Below, piece by piece: positions 19,052-29,612 of a DNA stretch of 64,000 bases. How positions within the stretch are numbered: position 1 is the first letter of the stretch; the number at the start of each line of letters is the position of its first letter. The notes under the pieces were generated by a model, which was not told the origin of the DNA, made no database searches, and saw nothing but the letters and a program-made list of their open reading frames with translations. Source of the stretch: Gemmatimonadota bacterium (GTDB lineage: Bacteria; Gemmatimonadota; Gemmatimonadetes; Gemmatimonadales; Gemmatimonadaceae). The DNA lies in the NCBI GenBank assembly GCA_040389905.1, contig JAZJZK010000006.1, forward strand, positions 32,001 to 96,000. The letters are read 5' to 3'. A program made the position numbers and the translations under genes.

Positions 19052-20303
19052 TCTCTCGCCAGCCGATGTCGGTGCGCAGTTGCTTGCCTTCGAATTGGAT
19101 CCGCTGCGCGACGGCGAGGCTCCGCGCCCGGGCGTCATCCAGCGACGAGCCGACAGCACTCACCGCAAGTACGCGTCCGGCGGCCGTCACGAGCTGACCA
19201 TCCGCCGTGCGTTGCGTTCCGGCATGGAACACCGTAACACCATCGGGGACCGCCGGCACCGAAATGACGTCGCCGGTCCGCGGCGAATCGGGATAGTTTG
19301 CCGCCGCGAGCACCGTGGTGACGCACGCATTGTGCACCTCAGCGCTCGCGGCGTCGAGCGGCTGCCCCGCGCCGATCGCAAACATGACGTCGAGCAGTCC
19401 GGGCTGTACCTCGAGGACGGGCATCAGGGCTTGCGTCTCCGGATCGCCGAAGCGGCAGTTGAACTCGACGACCTTGGCTCCGTCACGCGTGATCATGAGG
19501 CCGGCGTACAGCAGTCCAGCGAACGGTCGCCCACGTTCACGCATTCCGCGTAGGGTGCTCTCGACGATGGCAGCCACCTCGCCTTCGCCCACCGGGAGCG
19601 AGACGGGAACGTAGGCGCCCATACCCCCGGTGTTCGGACCACGATCGCCGTCGAGCAATCGTTTGTGATCCTGGAGACCGGGCAACAAGAGAAAGGACGT
19701 TCCATCCGTCAGCGCGAAGACGGACAGTTCTTCGCCCTCCATGAACTCTTCAACGAGCACCTCGTGGCCGGCGTCGCCAAAACGGCCGCCCTCGAGCATG
19801 TCGTCGATCGCCGCCTCGGCGGCCTTGATCGTCTCACACACCAGAACACCCTTTCCGCTCGCGAGACCCGAGGCCTTCACGACCAGCGGTGCGCCGAATC
19901 GCTGTGCCGCAGCCTTCGCTGACGTCGGACTCGTGTGCATCTCAGCGCGCGCGGTGGGGATGCCGTCGTCGAGCATCAGCTGTTTCGCAAACGCCTTCGA
20001 CGTCTCGATTTCCGCCGCGGCTCGCGTGGGTCCAAAAATCGGAAGCCCGTTTTCGCGAAATGTGTCGACGATACCCAATGCCAGCGGCCCTTCAGGGCCC
20101 ACGACCGTCAGGTCCACTTGCCGATCGCACGCCAATGCCAGCAGGGCCCGAATATCGGAGACCGCAACGGGGACACACTCTCCCAATTCGGCGATACCTG
20201 GATTGCCGGGCGCCGCGATCAACTCGACTGCCGGATGTTCCTGCTTGAACTTCCAGGCGAGCGCATGCTCCCGTCCACCGCCGCCAACGATCAGTACTCG
20301 CAT
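19029..20303 (-). CDS. purD: Phosphoribosylamine--glycine ligase
   Basis: GGGGREHALAW, GPEGPL, QDHKR..DGDRGPNTGGMGAY, EFNCRFGDPE. Confidence 0.97.
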   Translation of the reverse strand: MRVLIVGGGGREHALAWKFKQEHPAVELIAAPGNPGIAELGECVPVAVSDIRALLALACDRQVDLTVVGPEGPLALGIVDTFRENGLPIFGPTRAAAEIETSKAFAKQLMLDDGIPTARAEMHTSPTSAKAAAQRFGAPLVVKASGLASGKGVLVCETIKAAEAAIDDMLEGGRFGDAGHEVLVEEFMEGEELSVFALTDGTSFLLLPGLQDHKRLLDGDRGPNTGGMGAYVPVSLPVGEGEVAAIVESTLRGMRERGRPFAGLLYAGLMITRDGAKVVEFNCRFGDPETQALMPVLEVQPGLLDVMFAIGAGQPLDAASAEVHNACVTTVLAAANYPDSPRTGDVISVPAVPDGVTVFHAGTQRTADGQLVTAAGRVLAVSAVGSSLDDARARSLAVAQRIQFEGKQLRTDIGWRESARTSRN

Positions 20304-20340
20304 TCGACAAATATAGGAAGCGCCGGAGCGTCTATGTCGC

Positions 20341-20892
20341 TCACTTTCCCGGGTGCCGTCCGCGTTGCCCCTCTCGCGCCTTCACACCACGGACTGCGCC
20401 GAGGATCATTCGATTCACCGCCGCGAGGGACAGTCCCCCTTCGTCCTTGTCGGGAATGGTTGCGAAGCCGATCGCGGATGCGGTCGGATAGCGCGAAAAG
20501 ATGCGTTCGAGGAGTGATGCCAACTCTTCACTGGAAGGTCCGCCGGGCACCTTGTTCTGGTGTGACATGACCTCGCGCGGCTCCAAGACATCCATATCGA
20601 TGTGGATGTAGATCTTGTCCGTCAGCCGGCTGAGGCGATCGAGCTGCGCGAAGACGGCAGGCGTGCCAGCCTTGAGGTCCTCTACCGTGAGCTGCTGGAT
20701 ACCCGAGTGGCTGAGCAATTCCTGCTCGAGGGGGTCCGTGAGACGAACGCCGCCCATGACGATATACGCGTCCTTGAGCGCAGGGTCGAGATGCGCATTG
20801 TTCCATCGCATGGCCAACGCGACAGCGCGACCGCGAGTTACCTCGCGGCCGCGCGTCTCTGGAACGATGCCGATGCATCCATGAAACCTCAC
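20341..20892 (-). pseudogene. C-terminal half of an arginase/ureohydrolase-family protein (5' truncated)
   Basis: GVR..DPLE, IYIHIDMDVL, PGGPS motifs present; N-terminal metal-binding GGDH/DAHxD region absent and only about 130 bp separate the homologous part from the upstream gene. Confidence 0.65.
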
Positions 20893-20958
20893 TTCGCCGA
20901 ACCGCCGCGTTGGTCGGCCTCTCGAAGTAACGAGGCCACCCGCTACGACCCGTTCGAA

Positions 20959-21957
20959 TTACACTGCGTCGGTCGGTGGCGCTGCCGGCGGCTCCTCGCG
21001 GCCCTTGAATGCGTCATTGAACGCCGATTTCGCGCGGTCGAATGCGTCACCAACACTCGCGAATCCAGCGTCCGCCTTGCCGGAGTAGTAGCGCGCAGCA
21101 TCAGAGAAATCGTCGCCGAGTCCCTGCTTCTTCTCGCCGCGCCGCGTGTAGGCGCCGGCGATGATGGCGTCGTACTCACCGCTCGTACGCCAACGTTCCA
21201 GTTCAGCGGCACGCACCGTGTGGAAGGGATGATCACGAAACGCGGTATTGAACATCTTGAGCAGCTTGTCCCAGGTGTCGCCACCGGCCTCGTACGTGCT
21301 CGCCTGTGCCATGAACGCGTCGACGCTCGAGGTGTCGCCAAAGTCGCGCCCGCCCGCCAAACGCATGAACGTGCTCTGCGCGACGCCCTTGTCCTGGAGT
21401 GCGAGGAGCGCAGCGCGATCGCTCGAGAGCTCGCTCTTCCGATGCCACTCGAGCAGAGCGAGCTGGAAGGGGAGGAGCGCGAGCCCGACGGGAATGAGCG
21501 CCATCGTCCCGACCGCCATGATGACCATCGCGAGCGTGCGATACGTCATGTGGTCGCTCATGATGTGGCCAAGCTCATGCGCGAGGAGGAAGCGACGTTC
21601 GTCGTCGCTCTCGAGCAGTTCGAGCGCACCGGAGGTGAAGACGATGAACGGATCTTCGAAGCCGATCGCGTACGCGTTCACGTTCTGCGATTGGGTAACG
21701 TAGAGTTCCGGACGCTTGGGCCAATCCATCGTGCCGAGCACGTCGGTGAAGAGCGCGTGGAGTTTCGGTCGCTGGGTTTCGCCTACCTGCACGGCGTTGG
21801 CGAGAAAGATCTGGCGCACGCGGCGTTCAGTGATGAATGTCGCGGCCTTGCGCACGACTTCATCGAATCCCGGGATCGCCCGCAAGGTGTTGAGCGCGGC
21901 GCGATCAGCGGGGTGTTCCCACGCGAGACTCGAGATCTGGGGTAGCGGGGTCGGCAT
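20959..21957 (-). CDS. M48 (HtpX-like) zinc metallopeptidase
   Basis: EHPADRAAL, NAYA.G, LAHELGH (HExxH), ELSSDRA, HPF...R. Confidence 0.9.
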   Translation of the reverse strand: MPTPLPQISSLAWEHPADRAALNTLRAIPGFDEVVRKAATFITERRVRQIFLANAVQVGETQRPKLHALFTDVLGTMDWPKRPELYVTQSQNVNAYAIGFEDPFIVFTSGALELLESDDERRFLLAHELGHIMSDHMTYRTLAMVIMAVGTMALIPVGLALLPFQLALLEWHRKSELSSDRAALLALQDKGVAQSTFMRLAGGRDFGDTSSVDAFMAQASTYEAGGDTWDKLLKMFNTAFRDHPFHTVRAAELERWRTSGEYDAIIAGAYTRRGEKKQGLGDDFSDAARYYSGKADAGFASVGDAFDRAKSAFNDAFKGREEPPAAPPTDAV

Positions 21958-22036
21958 CGGGCGCAAAGCTCCTGGACGGGGTGACCAGAGAGCCTACGCG
22001 CGCCCTCGCCGAAAAGTGTCAGCCACCTTTGAATGG

Positions 22037-22813
22037 CTACAGCTTAGTGGTACGACGGCGCCGGGCAAGGGCGAGGACGCCCGTGAGTCCCGTCGCGAAC
22101 AGGACGAGGCTTGCCGGCTCGGGTGTCGCAACTTCCGCGTCCTGGTTGTTGACGGTGACCGAGAAATTGTCGATGCCGCCTATCGTCGAATAGTTGCTCG
22201 CCGCACCTGAATTCGCGGACTCCACGCCGAATTCGATCAGGCCGCCGGAGGTCGAAAAATCGAGGGTCGCGGCCCCACAGGTGTAGTTCCCCCCAAATCC
22301 AAAAGTCGAGTAGATCTCGCACCAACCGGAAAGTGCCTCGGCCGGGTTGCTGACGTGTATCCAGCTCGATGACGGACCGGCGATGTTGTAGTCGATATTG
22401 GTCGGATCAGGGTTCGCGTCGCCCGGGGAGACGAAGTAGTGGCCGTTCTGGCGCGCGGTCGTCAGAAACGCGATCTGGTTGCTGGATTTTGCCCCAATGT
22501 CGTACGAGATCGCGAGACTCGTGATCGCACCCTGCGTCGACGGATCCCACCCGAATGGACTCGTATGCACCATGCCGGAATAGCCGAAATAGACGTAGTT
22601 GCTGGTGCCCCAGTACGCGCCTGGATTACCGTCCGGTCCGTCCAGTGCGCCCGATCCGGAGTCTCCCCCGGTGTGGTGGATCACCAGCGTGCTCGACCAA
22701 CCCGACGTGAAATTGCCGTCAAAGAACGTCTGCGCGCGGACGGCGGACGCCGAGGCGGCGGTCAGCAGCAGGGCAGACGCGGCAACGCGCGCAGTACGGA
22801 GAGCTTTTTTCAC
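22037..22813 (-). CDS. PEP-CTERM sorting-signal surface protein
   Basis: Signal peptide ending VRA-Q; Ser/Gly/Thr/Asn-rich body; C-terminal TPEPASLVLFATGLTGVLALARRRR. Confidence 0.9.
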   Translation of the reverse strand: MKKALRTARVAASALLLTAASASAVRAQTFFDGNFTSGWSSTLVIHHTGGDSGSGALDGPDGNPGAYWGTSNYVYFGYSGMVHTSPFGWDPSTQGAITSLAISYDIGAKSSNQIAFLTTARQNGHYFVSPGDANPDPTNIDYNIAGPSSSWIHVSNPAEALSGWCEIYSTFGFGGNYTCGAATLDFSTSGGLIEFGVESANSGAASNYSTIGGIDNFSVTVNNQDAEVATPEPASLVLFATGLTGVLALARRRRTTKL

Positions 22814-22858
22814 GTCGGATTTCTCGCTCGGGATTGAGGCCTTCACCGAGAAATGGCA

Positions 22859-22875
22859 CGCAATCGACATGCCGT
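22859..22875 (-). promoter_or_regulatory. Sigma54 (-24/-12) promoter candidate for the PEP-CTERM gene
   Basis: Minus strand cGGCAtgtcgaTTGCg = GG-N10-GC. Confidence 0.6.
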
Positions 22876-23022
22876 TTTTTCGTGACTCAGAGAGCCAGAA
22901 ACCTCTGTGAAATCACGACTTAAGGCGCCTTCACGGACCAGATAACACCTAGATAACGCGCACGCGCACAACAGTCTGTCGCGGCGCTACAACAGGTCGG
23001 AGCGAGCTGATCCGCTTGGCGG

Positions 23023-24192
23023 TCAAACCACGTGGAACGCGTGCTCCAGATCGGCGAGCAAATCACCCACGTCCTCGACCCCACAACTCAACCGGATCAA
23101 CCCTTCGCCAATGCCAAGCTGCGCACGTCGCGCCGGCTCGACGCTCGCGTGGGTCATCGACGCGGGATGGCTGATCAGGCTTTCCACCCCGCCCAGGGAC
23201 TCAGCCAGGGAAAACAGGCGACACCGGCTGAGGACTGCATTTGCCCGTACCTTGGTATCCAGGTCGACCGAGATCATGCCCCCGAAGCCGGACATCTGCC
23301 GTTTCGCCAGCTCGTGCTGTGGATGCGTCGGGAGGCCGGGATAGATGACTCGCTCCTCGCCAAGCCGCTCCGTCAGCCAGGCGGCAATCTGTCGGCCATT
23401 CGCGTCGTGCCTCGGCATCCGGAGGTGGAGTGTCTTCGTGCCGCGCAGCGCCAGCCACGAGTCGAATGGTCCAGGGACGGCGCCGGCCGCGTTGAGAATG
23501 AACTGCAGGCGCGTGGCCAGGTCGTCGTCATTCAGGATGGCGATGCCGCCGATCATGTCCGAATGGCCGTTCAGGTACTTCGTTGTCGAGTGGTAGATGA
23601 TGTCGGCGCCGTACTCCAGCGGTCTTTGAAAAAAGGGAGAGGCGAACGTGTTATCGACCAGGAGCAGCGCGTTCCCGCGGTGCGCGATGTCGGCCGCTGC
23701 CTGGAGATCGCAGATGCGCATCAGCGGATTGGTCGGCGTCTCCACAAAGACGAGGCGGGTCGCCGGCGTCATGGCGTCCTCGATGTGCTGCGGATCGCGT
23801 GTATCGACCCACGAGAACGTCAGGCCATAATTCTGGAGGATCTTGTCGAACAGGCGGAACACTCCGCCGTACAAGTTCTCTCCGCAGACGATGTGGTCGC
23901 CCGCCTTGAAGAGCTTCATGATTGAATCGACGCAACCCATCCCCGAGCTGAAGGCGAATCCATGGCGCCCGCCTTCCAGTGCGGCTACGTTGCGCTCGAG
24001 TGCTTCCCGCGTCGGGTTCTTGCCACGGGCGTACTCGTATCCCTTATTCTGCCCCAGCGCGTCCTGCACATACGTCGAAGTGAGATAGACCGGCGTCATG
24101 ATGGCGCCCGCCAACGGTTCTGGTCGTTGTCCCGCGTGGATCGCGCGGGTCGCGAAGGCCGGGGTGAGGTCGTCGTCGAAAACCCGTGTCAT
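23023..24192 (-). CDS. PLP-dependent cystathionine gamma-synthase/gamma-lyase family enzyme
   Basis: ATRAIHAG, YARGKNPTR, ETPTNP, VDNTF, HSTTKYLNGHSD, ESLGGVESL, RLSCGVED. Confidence 0.93.
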   Translation of the reverse strand: MTRVFDDDLTPAFATRAIHAGQRPEPLAGAIMTPVYLTSTYVQDALGQNKGYEYARGKNPTREALERNVAALEGGRHGFAFSSGMGCVDSIMKLFKAGDHIVCGENLYGGVFRLFDKILQNYGLTFSWVDTRDPQHIEDAMTPATRLVFVETPTNPLMRICDLQAAADIAHRGNALLLVDNTFASPFFQRPLEYGADIIYHSTTKYLNGHSDMIGGIAILNDDDLATRLQFILNAAGAVPGPFDSWLALRGTKTLHLRMPRHDANGRQIAAWLTERLGEERVIYPGLPTHPQHELAKRQMSGFGGMISVDLDTKVRANAVLSRCRLFSLAESLGGVESLISHPASMTHASVEPARRAQLGIGEGLIRLSCGVEDVGDLLADLEHAFHVV

Positions 24193-24305
24193 GCCGATAC
24201 TACTCCGAGTCGAGTCATGCCGGGCAAGATAGCGGTAGGGCCGAAGGCGAGCGAGGACGCTCGGTGCTGGATTCGACGTCAAGGACCAGAAGCTGGCGCG
24301 AGCCC

Positions 24306-25370
24306 ATGTCTGAAGCAGGTACGATGCAGCAATACTGTTTGATCGTGGATGACGAGCCTCGTCTTCGACAGGTGCTGGTGCACCTCATGCGAAACGACGG
24401 ATTCCTCTGCCTCGAAGCCGGCAACGGTGAGGAGGCGCTCGCGCAACTCGAGCATCACTCGGTCACGCTCGTGATGAGCGACCTGCGCATGCCAAAGATG
24501 GATGGTCTCGAGTTGCTGCGTCGCGTTCGTGGCCAGTGGCCCGACACCGCGGTGGTGATGATTACGGCGGTCGCCGATGTCGAAGTCGCGGTGAGTTGCC
24601 TCGCGATCGGCGCAATGGACTATCTCACGAAGCCGTTCCATCTCGAAGAGGTCCGTGCACGCGTGGCACAGGCGCTCGAAAAACGGCGGCTCGTCGTGGA
24701 AAACCGTGGCTACCAGGAAAGCCTCCAGGAAAAGGTCGCGGTGCAGGCGCGGCGGCTGGAAGAGTTGTTTCTCGCCAGCGTGCAGTCGCTCGCCGAGGCG
24801 TTGGAAGTCAAGGACCCCTACACGCGCGGGCACTCGATTCGCGTCAGCCACTATTCGCTCGTGCTGGCGCGCGAACTGGGCCTGGACGGCGAGCAGTTGC
24901 GCCAGATCGAACTCGGCGGGCACGTGCATGACATCGGGAAAATCGGCGTGCGCGAGGATGTGCTGAACAAGCCCGGCAAACTGACGGATGCGGAGTACGA
25001 GCACATCATGACGCATCCCGTCGTCGGTTGGCGCATTCTCGCGCCGCTGCTTGGCGAGACGCCGCTGGCGCTCAACATCGTGCGCTCACACCACGAGCGC
25101 TACGACGGCCGAGGTGTCCCGGATCGCCTCGCGGGTACCGCGATCCCATTCGAGGCGCGCATCGCGGCGGTTGCTGACTCCTTCGATGCGATGACGTCCG
25201 ACCGCCCGTATCGGCCCGACGGCATGAGCATCGAGTCCGCCGTCGCGGAGATCGTGCGATGCAGCGGGGCACAATTCGATCCGATCGTCGTGCGCGCGAT
25301 GATCGCGGCCGTGGATGCCGGGCGCATCGAGCTCGTTCCGCGCGTGCCGTCGTTCATCGGAGCGAGTTGA
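24306..25370 (+). CDS. RpfG-type response regulator (REC + HD-GYP phosphodiesterase)
   Basis: REC: VDDE, SDLRMP, KPF; HD-GYP: YTRGHS.RV, HDIGK, HHERYDGRGVP, AVADSFDAM...RPY. Confidence 0.92.
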   Translation: MSEAGTMQQYCLIVDDEPRLRQVLVHLMRNDGFLCLEAGNGEEALAQLEHHSVTLVMSDLRMPKMDGLELLRRVRGQWPDTAVVMITAVADVEVAVSCLAIGAMDYLTKPFHLEEVRARVAQALEKRRLVVENRGYQESLQEKVAVQARRLEELFLASVQSLAEALEVKDPYTRGHSIRVSHYSLVLARELGLDGEQLRQIELGGHVHDIGKIGVREDVLNKPGKLTDAEYEHIMTHPVVGWRILAPLLGETPLALNIVRSHHERYDGRGVPDRLAGTAIPFEARIAAVADSFDAMTSDRPYRPDGMSIESAVAEIVRCSGAQFDPIVVRAMIAAVDAGRIELVPRVPSFIGAS

Positions 25371-26283
25371 TCCCCTCGCCGGGCCCGTGATACTGGTGTA
25401 GTTCGACTCCGGTCGCATCGAGCCAACGCTCGCGCAGTTCGCGTGAGATGTCGCGGTTGCGACAGATGCACACCCGCAGATCGTTGTTGCGCAGATCCAA
25501 CTCGCGGCTGGAAACGGCATCGAGCAGGTCGCGGTAGAGCGAGGCGTCGCCGGCGATCTGCGTCACGCCGTCGGCGAGCACGCCCGCCGCCTCGGCTGGA
25601 TGAAAAGCCGCCAGCGTGGTGACGCGCGCGCCGGCCAACAGCGGTGCGCACGCCGTGACGATGAGTTCGAACGGGTATGTCCATGGACGCAACGCGAGCA
25701 CGTGATCGTCCGCAGAGTTGCCGAGCGCGAGGTTCGCCGCTCGCGAATCAGCGAGGAGGTCCGCATGCGTCATGATGGTCGCGCGCGACACGTGGTCCGC
25801 GCGGTCGTAGATGACAACGGCCTCTTCATCACTCCCCGCGACGCCGAGTTCTCCGTCGATCGAAAGCCCGTGGTGCGAGCCGAGGTCGACCTCCTTCACC
25901 AGCCCAGCGGAAACCACGCGCGCGATGCGTGGGGCGTCGTCCAGCAGCACCGCCGGCATGCCCTCGGGAACACCGCGGAACAATGACGATTCGGTAAATA
26001 CGGCGCCGACTCCAGCATCGGCGCACTGAAAGGCGATGTCCTCGGACGTGGCACGCGGGTCGATGAGCACAGCACCGCGCCCTTCGCTGGCAGCGAGTGC
26101 GGTGATGAATGCCGGAGATGGCGGAAGGAGGATCGCGGCGCGCCGTCCGTTGAGCGCGCGGACCACGGTCGCGCTGCGCTGGAGGAGCGTGAGCCCCGCC
26201 GCGACGAGTTGCTGCGCTTCGAACTCAGCAACCGGAGCGACGGTGCGTATGCGGCCGTTTCCAGCCGCAACGGCCAGCGTCAC
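25354..26283 (-). CDS. Degenerate, truncated AMP-binding (acyl-CoA ligase-like) protein
   Basis: ANL-like layout (ILLP..PAF, TH.DL.AD, DHVL..P..Y.F, PL.AGA, LRVCI) but P-loop A3 motif not recognisable and C-terminal domain absent; may start at CTG 26304. Confidence 0.6.
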   Translation of the reverse strand: MTLAVAAGNGRIRTVAPVAEFEAQQLVAAGLTLLQRSATVVRALNGRRAAILLPPSPAFITALAASEGRGAVLIDPRATSEDIAFQCADAGVGAVFTESSLFRGVPEGMPAVLLDDAPRIARVVSAGLVKEVDLGSHHGLSIDGELGVAGSDEEAVVIYDRADHVSRATIMTHADLLADSRAANLALGNSADDHVLALRPWTYPFELIVTACAPLLAGARVTTLAAFHPAEAAGVLADGVTQIAGDASLYRDLLDAVSSRELDLRNNDLRVCICRNRDISRELRERWLDATGVELHQYHGPGEGINSLR

Positions 26284-26300
26284 GAGTGAAAGCGGGTTGC

Positions 26301-28058
26301 TCAGGTGTCGAATCGCTCCAGCGATGACTTGAGGCGCTGCGCGACCTGCGCGAGTTGTTCGCTCGATGCCGCGACACTCGACATCGCGGCGTTCTGCTCC
26401 TGCACGACCGCACTCACCTCGAGTGCCGTCGCGGCATTCATGTCGGCGGAGGACGCGAGCGCTTCGATCTCATGCGCGAGCGACTCGGTTTCCGTGCGCT
26501 GCGCGTCCGCCGCTTCCACGATGCGATCGACCGCCGCGCGCGCGCTGGCAATCTCCCGGTCGATCTGCGTCAGCGCCTCAGCGGACGCACGGATCACCGC
26601 CTCGCCGGTGGTGACGCGGTCGCTCGCCTCGAGGATCTGCTCTTCCGTCCGCACTGCGCTCGTGCGGATCTCGGCCGCGAGCTTTCGAATCTGCGCGAGC
26701 GCCCGCGCACTCTCGGCCGCGAGTTTGCGCACCTCATCGGCGACGACGGCGAAGCCTTTGCCGTGCTCGCCCGCGCGCGACGCTTCGATTGCCGCGTTGA
26801 GGGCGAGCAGATTCGTCTGGCGGGCAATCGAGCCGATGACGTCGGTGATCTTGCCGATGCGTTGCGACTTCTCTCCCAGTTCCACGACGGAAGGAACCGC
26901 GGCGCTCGTGACCGCGCTGATCTCGGTCATCGCCTGTAGTGCCTCGCTCGCGGCGATCGTGCCGCGGCGTGTGGTGCGCTGCGCGACGTCGGCGGCAGAG
27001 CGCGCCTGCTCGGCATGACTTGCTACTGCGGCGGAGCGGCTTGCCACGCGACTCGACGCATCCGATGCCTTGTTCACACCCTTCTTTTGCATCGCGGCGG
27101 CATCCGCAATGGCCACCGCGGCGCCGGATACCTGCTGTGTCGATGCGGTCATCTGCTCCGCGCTCGCCGCGAGTTGCTCCGCCGTCGCTGCCACGTCGAT
27201 CGCGCTGCCGCCGAGGTCGGCCATGAGGATACGGAGCCCGCGGGTCATTTCGCGAAAGCCGGACGCGAGGTCACCGACCTCATCGTCGGACTCGAAGGTC
27301 AGTTCATGGCGAAGACGTCCTTCCGCGACGTGCTCGGACTGGATGCGGAGGTTCGTCAGTCCCCGTGTCATCCGGCGTGCCGTCCAGAAGGCGAAGGTCA
27401 CCGAAATCAGCAGGGCCACGAGGGCGAACAGCGCGAGTTCCACCTCGGCCGAGCGTGCGTCGGCCAGCAGGGCGTCAGCGCGGCTCGTGGTGATGACGGC
27501 TCCCGCGACGCGCCGGTCAGCCGCGAGGACCGGCGTGGCCACCGTGATGACGCTCTCGCCATCGAGGTCGTGGAGGCCGGTGGCGCCTGGCCGTCCGGAA
27601 ATGAGTGCGTCATCGAGTCCCGGCGGCGCTGTCCATTCTCCTCCGGTCCCACCGGCCGCATCTCCGCGCGCAACGTACCGATACTTACCAGCGCTGTCCC
27701 GAACAACCAGGTCGATGAACAGACCTTCGTCGGCGCCGACGAGCGATTGTGCATTCTCGGCACGGATGCGAAGGAGTGGATCGCGAGCGACCGCTTCGGC
27801 GCTGTCGAGAGTGGAGGGGGAGAGAAGGAGGGGGGGAATCGACGCGGGCAGCTGCGCCACCGCCGCCCGACCGATCGAGAGCAGTCGCTCGGCCTGCGCA
27901 CGCGACAGCGACGAGCGGACGTGTCCGTACACGGGCGCCAGAAGGATGGCGAACGTGACGAGCACGGTGCCGCCGGCGAGGGCGGCCATCTTGAGCCGCA
28001 CGGGAAATCGGGTGGCGGCGCGCAGGGGGACTATGGGACGAGGTAAGGGAAAAGACAC
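26301..28058 (-). CDS. Methyl-accepting chemotaxis protein
   Basis: Two TM helices around a periplasmic sensor, HAMP (DDEVGDL), signalling hairpin [37 protein letters not shown]. Confidence 0.93.
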   Translation of the reverse strand: MSFPLPRPIVPLRAATRFPVRLKMAALAGGTVLVTFAILLAPVYGHVRSSLSRAQAERLLSIGRAAVAQLPASIPPLLLSPSTLDSAEAVARDPLLRIRAENAQSLVGADEGLFIDLVVRDSAGKYRYVARGDAAGGTGGEWTAPPGLDDALISGRPGATGLHDLDGESVITVATPVLAADRRVAGAVITTSRADALLADARSAEVELALFALVALLISVTFAFWTARRMTRGLTNLRIQSEHVAEGRLRHELTFESDDEVGDLASGFREMTRGLRILMADLGGSAIDVAATAEQLAASAEQMTASTQQVSGAAVAIADAAAMQKKGVNKASDASSRVASRSAAVASHAEQARSAADVAQRTTRRGTIAASEALQAMTEISAVTSAAVPSVVELGEKSQRIGKITDVIGSIARQTNLLALNAAIEASRAGEHGKGFAVVADEVRKLAAESARALAQIRKLAAEIRTSAVRTEEQILEASDRVTTGEAVIRASAEALTQIDREIASARAAVDRIVEAADAQRTETESLAHEIEALASSADMNAATALEVSAVVQEQNAAMSSVAASSEQLAQVAQRLKSSLERFDT

Positions 28059-28191
28059 GAATCGGGAGCGCCCGCGAGTGCGTGGCGAGACGAGAAGTTA
28101 CCGGTCGTGAATGGGTGTGGACAAGCGTCGCGTGAAGCTTGCCCAGTCATGGGCCCGGAATAGCTTTCGGCTTCACCGTGACGGAGGATTC

Positions 28192-29574
28192 ATGGCGCAG
28201 GGTAGTACGGGCGGGGAATTGATGGTGAGCGTGTCGGGAATTCGCGGCCGTGTGGGCGGTGGCCTGACCCCGGAAGTGGTGGCGCGGTACGCAGCGGCTT
28301 TCGGCGCGTGGTCCATTTCCCAGGGCCCGTCACGTCAGATCGTGGTGGGTCGCGACAGCCGTGTCTCGGGGGCAATGTTTCATCGCATCGTCGTCGGCAC
28401 ACTCCAGCTTGTTGGCTGCGACGTGATCGATATCGGCCTCACTACAACGCCGGGAACGCAGCTGGCCGTCGAATATCATCATGCCGCGGGCGGCCTGATG
28501 CTGTCGGCGAGCCACAATCCCATCGAGTGGAATGCGCTCAAGTGCATTGGCTCGACCGGCCTGTTCCTGGAAGCGCACGAGGGTTTGGCGATGCGCGCGC
28601 TGGTCGAGTCCGGAATTCCCTATGCAACGTGGGACGGAATCGGGAGCGTCGTTTCGGATGAAGCGGTCGCCATTCGGCACATCGATGCGGTCCTTGCCAT
28701 TCCGTACTTGGACGTCGACGCGATTCGGGGTCGCAAGTTCAAGGTTGCGTTGGATTGCGTGCGCGGGGCGGGTTCCACGATCATGCCGGCGTTGCTCGAG
28801 TGGCTCGGCTGTGAGGTCGTGGGGATGAACATGGAGCCGGATGGCCGCTTTCCGCGCGAGCCGGAACCGATTCCCCAGAACCTTCGGGAGTTCGAGGCAT
28901 TCGTTGCGCATACTGGGGCCGACATCGGTTTCGCCGTCGACCCCGATGTCGACCGGCTGGCGCTCGTCAGCAACGAAGGGCGCGCCATCGGAGAAGACTA
29001 CACGCTCGCGCTCGCGGCCAAGCTCGTCCTGCGGCACCGGAAGGGACCGGTCGTGACGAACCTGTCCACGAGCCTGTTGATCGACGACGTTGCCCGTGAG
29101 GCAGGGGTCGAGGCGGTTCGCGCGCCTGTCGGTGAAGTGAACGTCGCGGTTCGCATGCGGGAGCTCGGTGCGCCAATCGGCGGCGAAGGAAATGGCGGAG
29201 TGATCCTGCCCGAAGTGCATCTCGGACGCGATGCGCCGATCGGCGCGGCCCTGCTCCTGCAATTGTTGGTCGAGGAGAATTGCCCGCTCTCGGAGATCGT
29301 GGCGCGATTGCCGCGCTACGTGATCGTCAAGGACAAGCTCGATCGTCCGAACGTGCCGTTGGATACGGTGTATGCCGCCCTCCGTACCGCGTTTGCGGAT
29401 GCGAAGGTCGACACGCAGGACGGACTTCGGCTGTCATGGCCGGACCGGTGGGTGCATGTGCGTCCCTCCGGAACGGAGCCGATCGTGCGGGTGATTGCAG
29501 AGGGGCCAGATGAAGAATCTGCGCGAGAACTGGTACGGCGGTCGCGCGAGCCGCTGGACGCCCTGCGGGGCTGA
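28192..29574 (+). CDS. glmM: Phosphoglucosamine mutase / phosphohexomutase
   Basis: SASHNP, DPDVDR, GGEGNGG, RPSGTEP; GGAGG RBS before ATG 28192; adjacent to glmS. Confidence 0.85.
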   Translation: MAQGSTGGELMVSVSGIRGRVGGGLTPEVVARYAAAFGAWSISQGPSRQIVVGRDSRVSGAMFHRIVVGTLQLVGCDVIDIGLTTTPGTQLAVEYHHAAGGLMLSASHNPIEWNALKCIGSTGLFLEAHEGLAMRALVESGIPYATWDGIGSVVSDEAVAIRHIDAVLAIPYLDVDAIRGRKFKVALDCVRGAGSTIMPALLEWLGCEVVGMNMEPDGRFPREPEPIPQNLREFEAFVAHTGADIGFAVDPDVDRLALVSNEGRAIGEDYTLALAAKLVLRHRKGPVVTNLSTSLLIDDVAREAGVEAVRAPVGEVNVAVRMRELGAPIGGEGNGGVILPEVHLGRDAPIGAALLLQLLVEENCPLSEIVARLPRYVIVKDKLDRPNVPLDTVYAALRTAFADAKVDTQDGLRLSWPDRWVHVRPSGTEPIVRVIAEGPDEESARELVRRSREPLDALRG

Positions 29575-29612
29575 GCGGAACGCGGCTGGATCACTCACGG
29601 GAGAATGAGACC

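Noticed and set aside
29575..29612. Possible glmS ribozyme between glmM and glmS
   Set aside because: The gap is only 38 nt, far too short.
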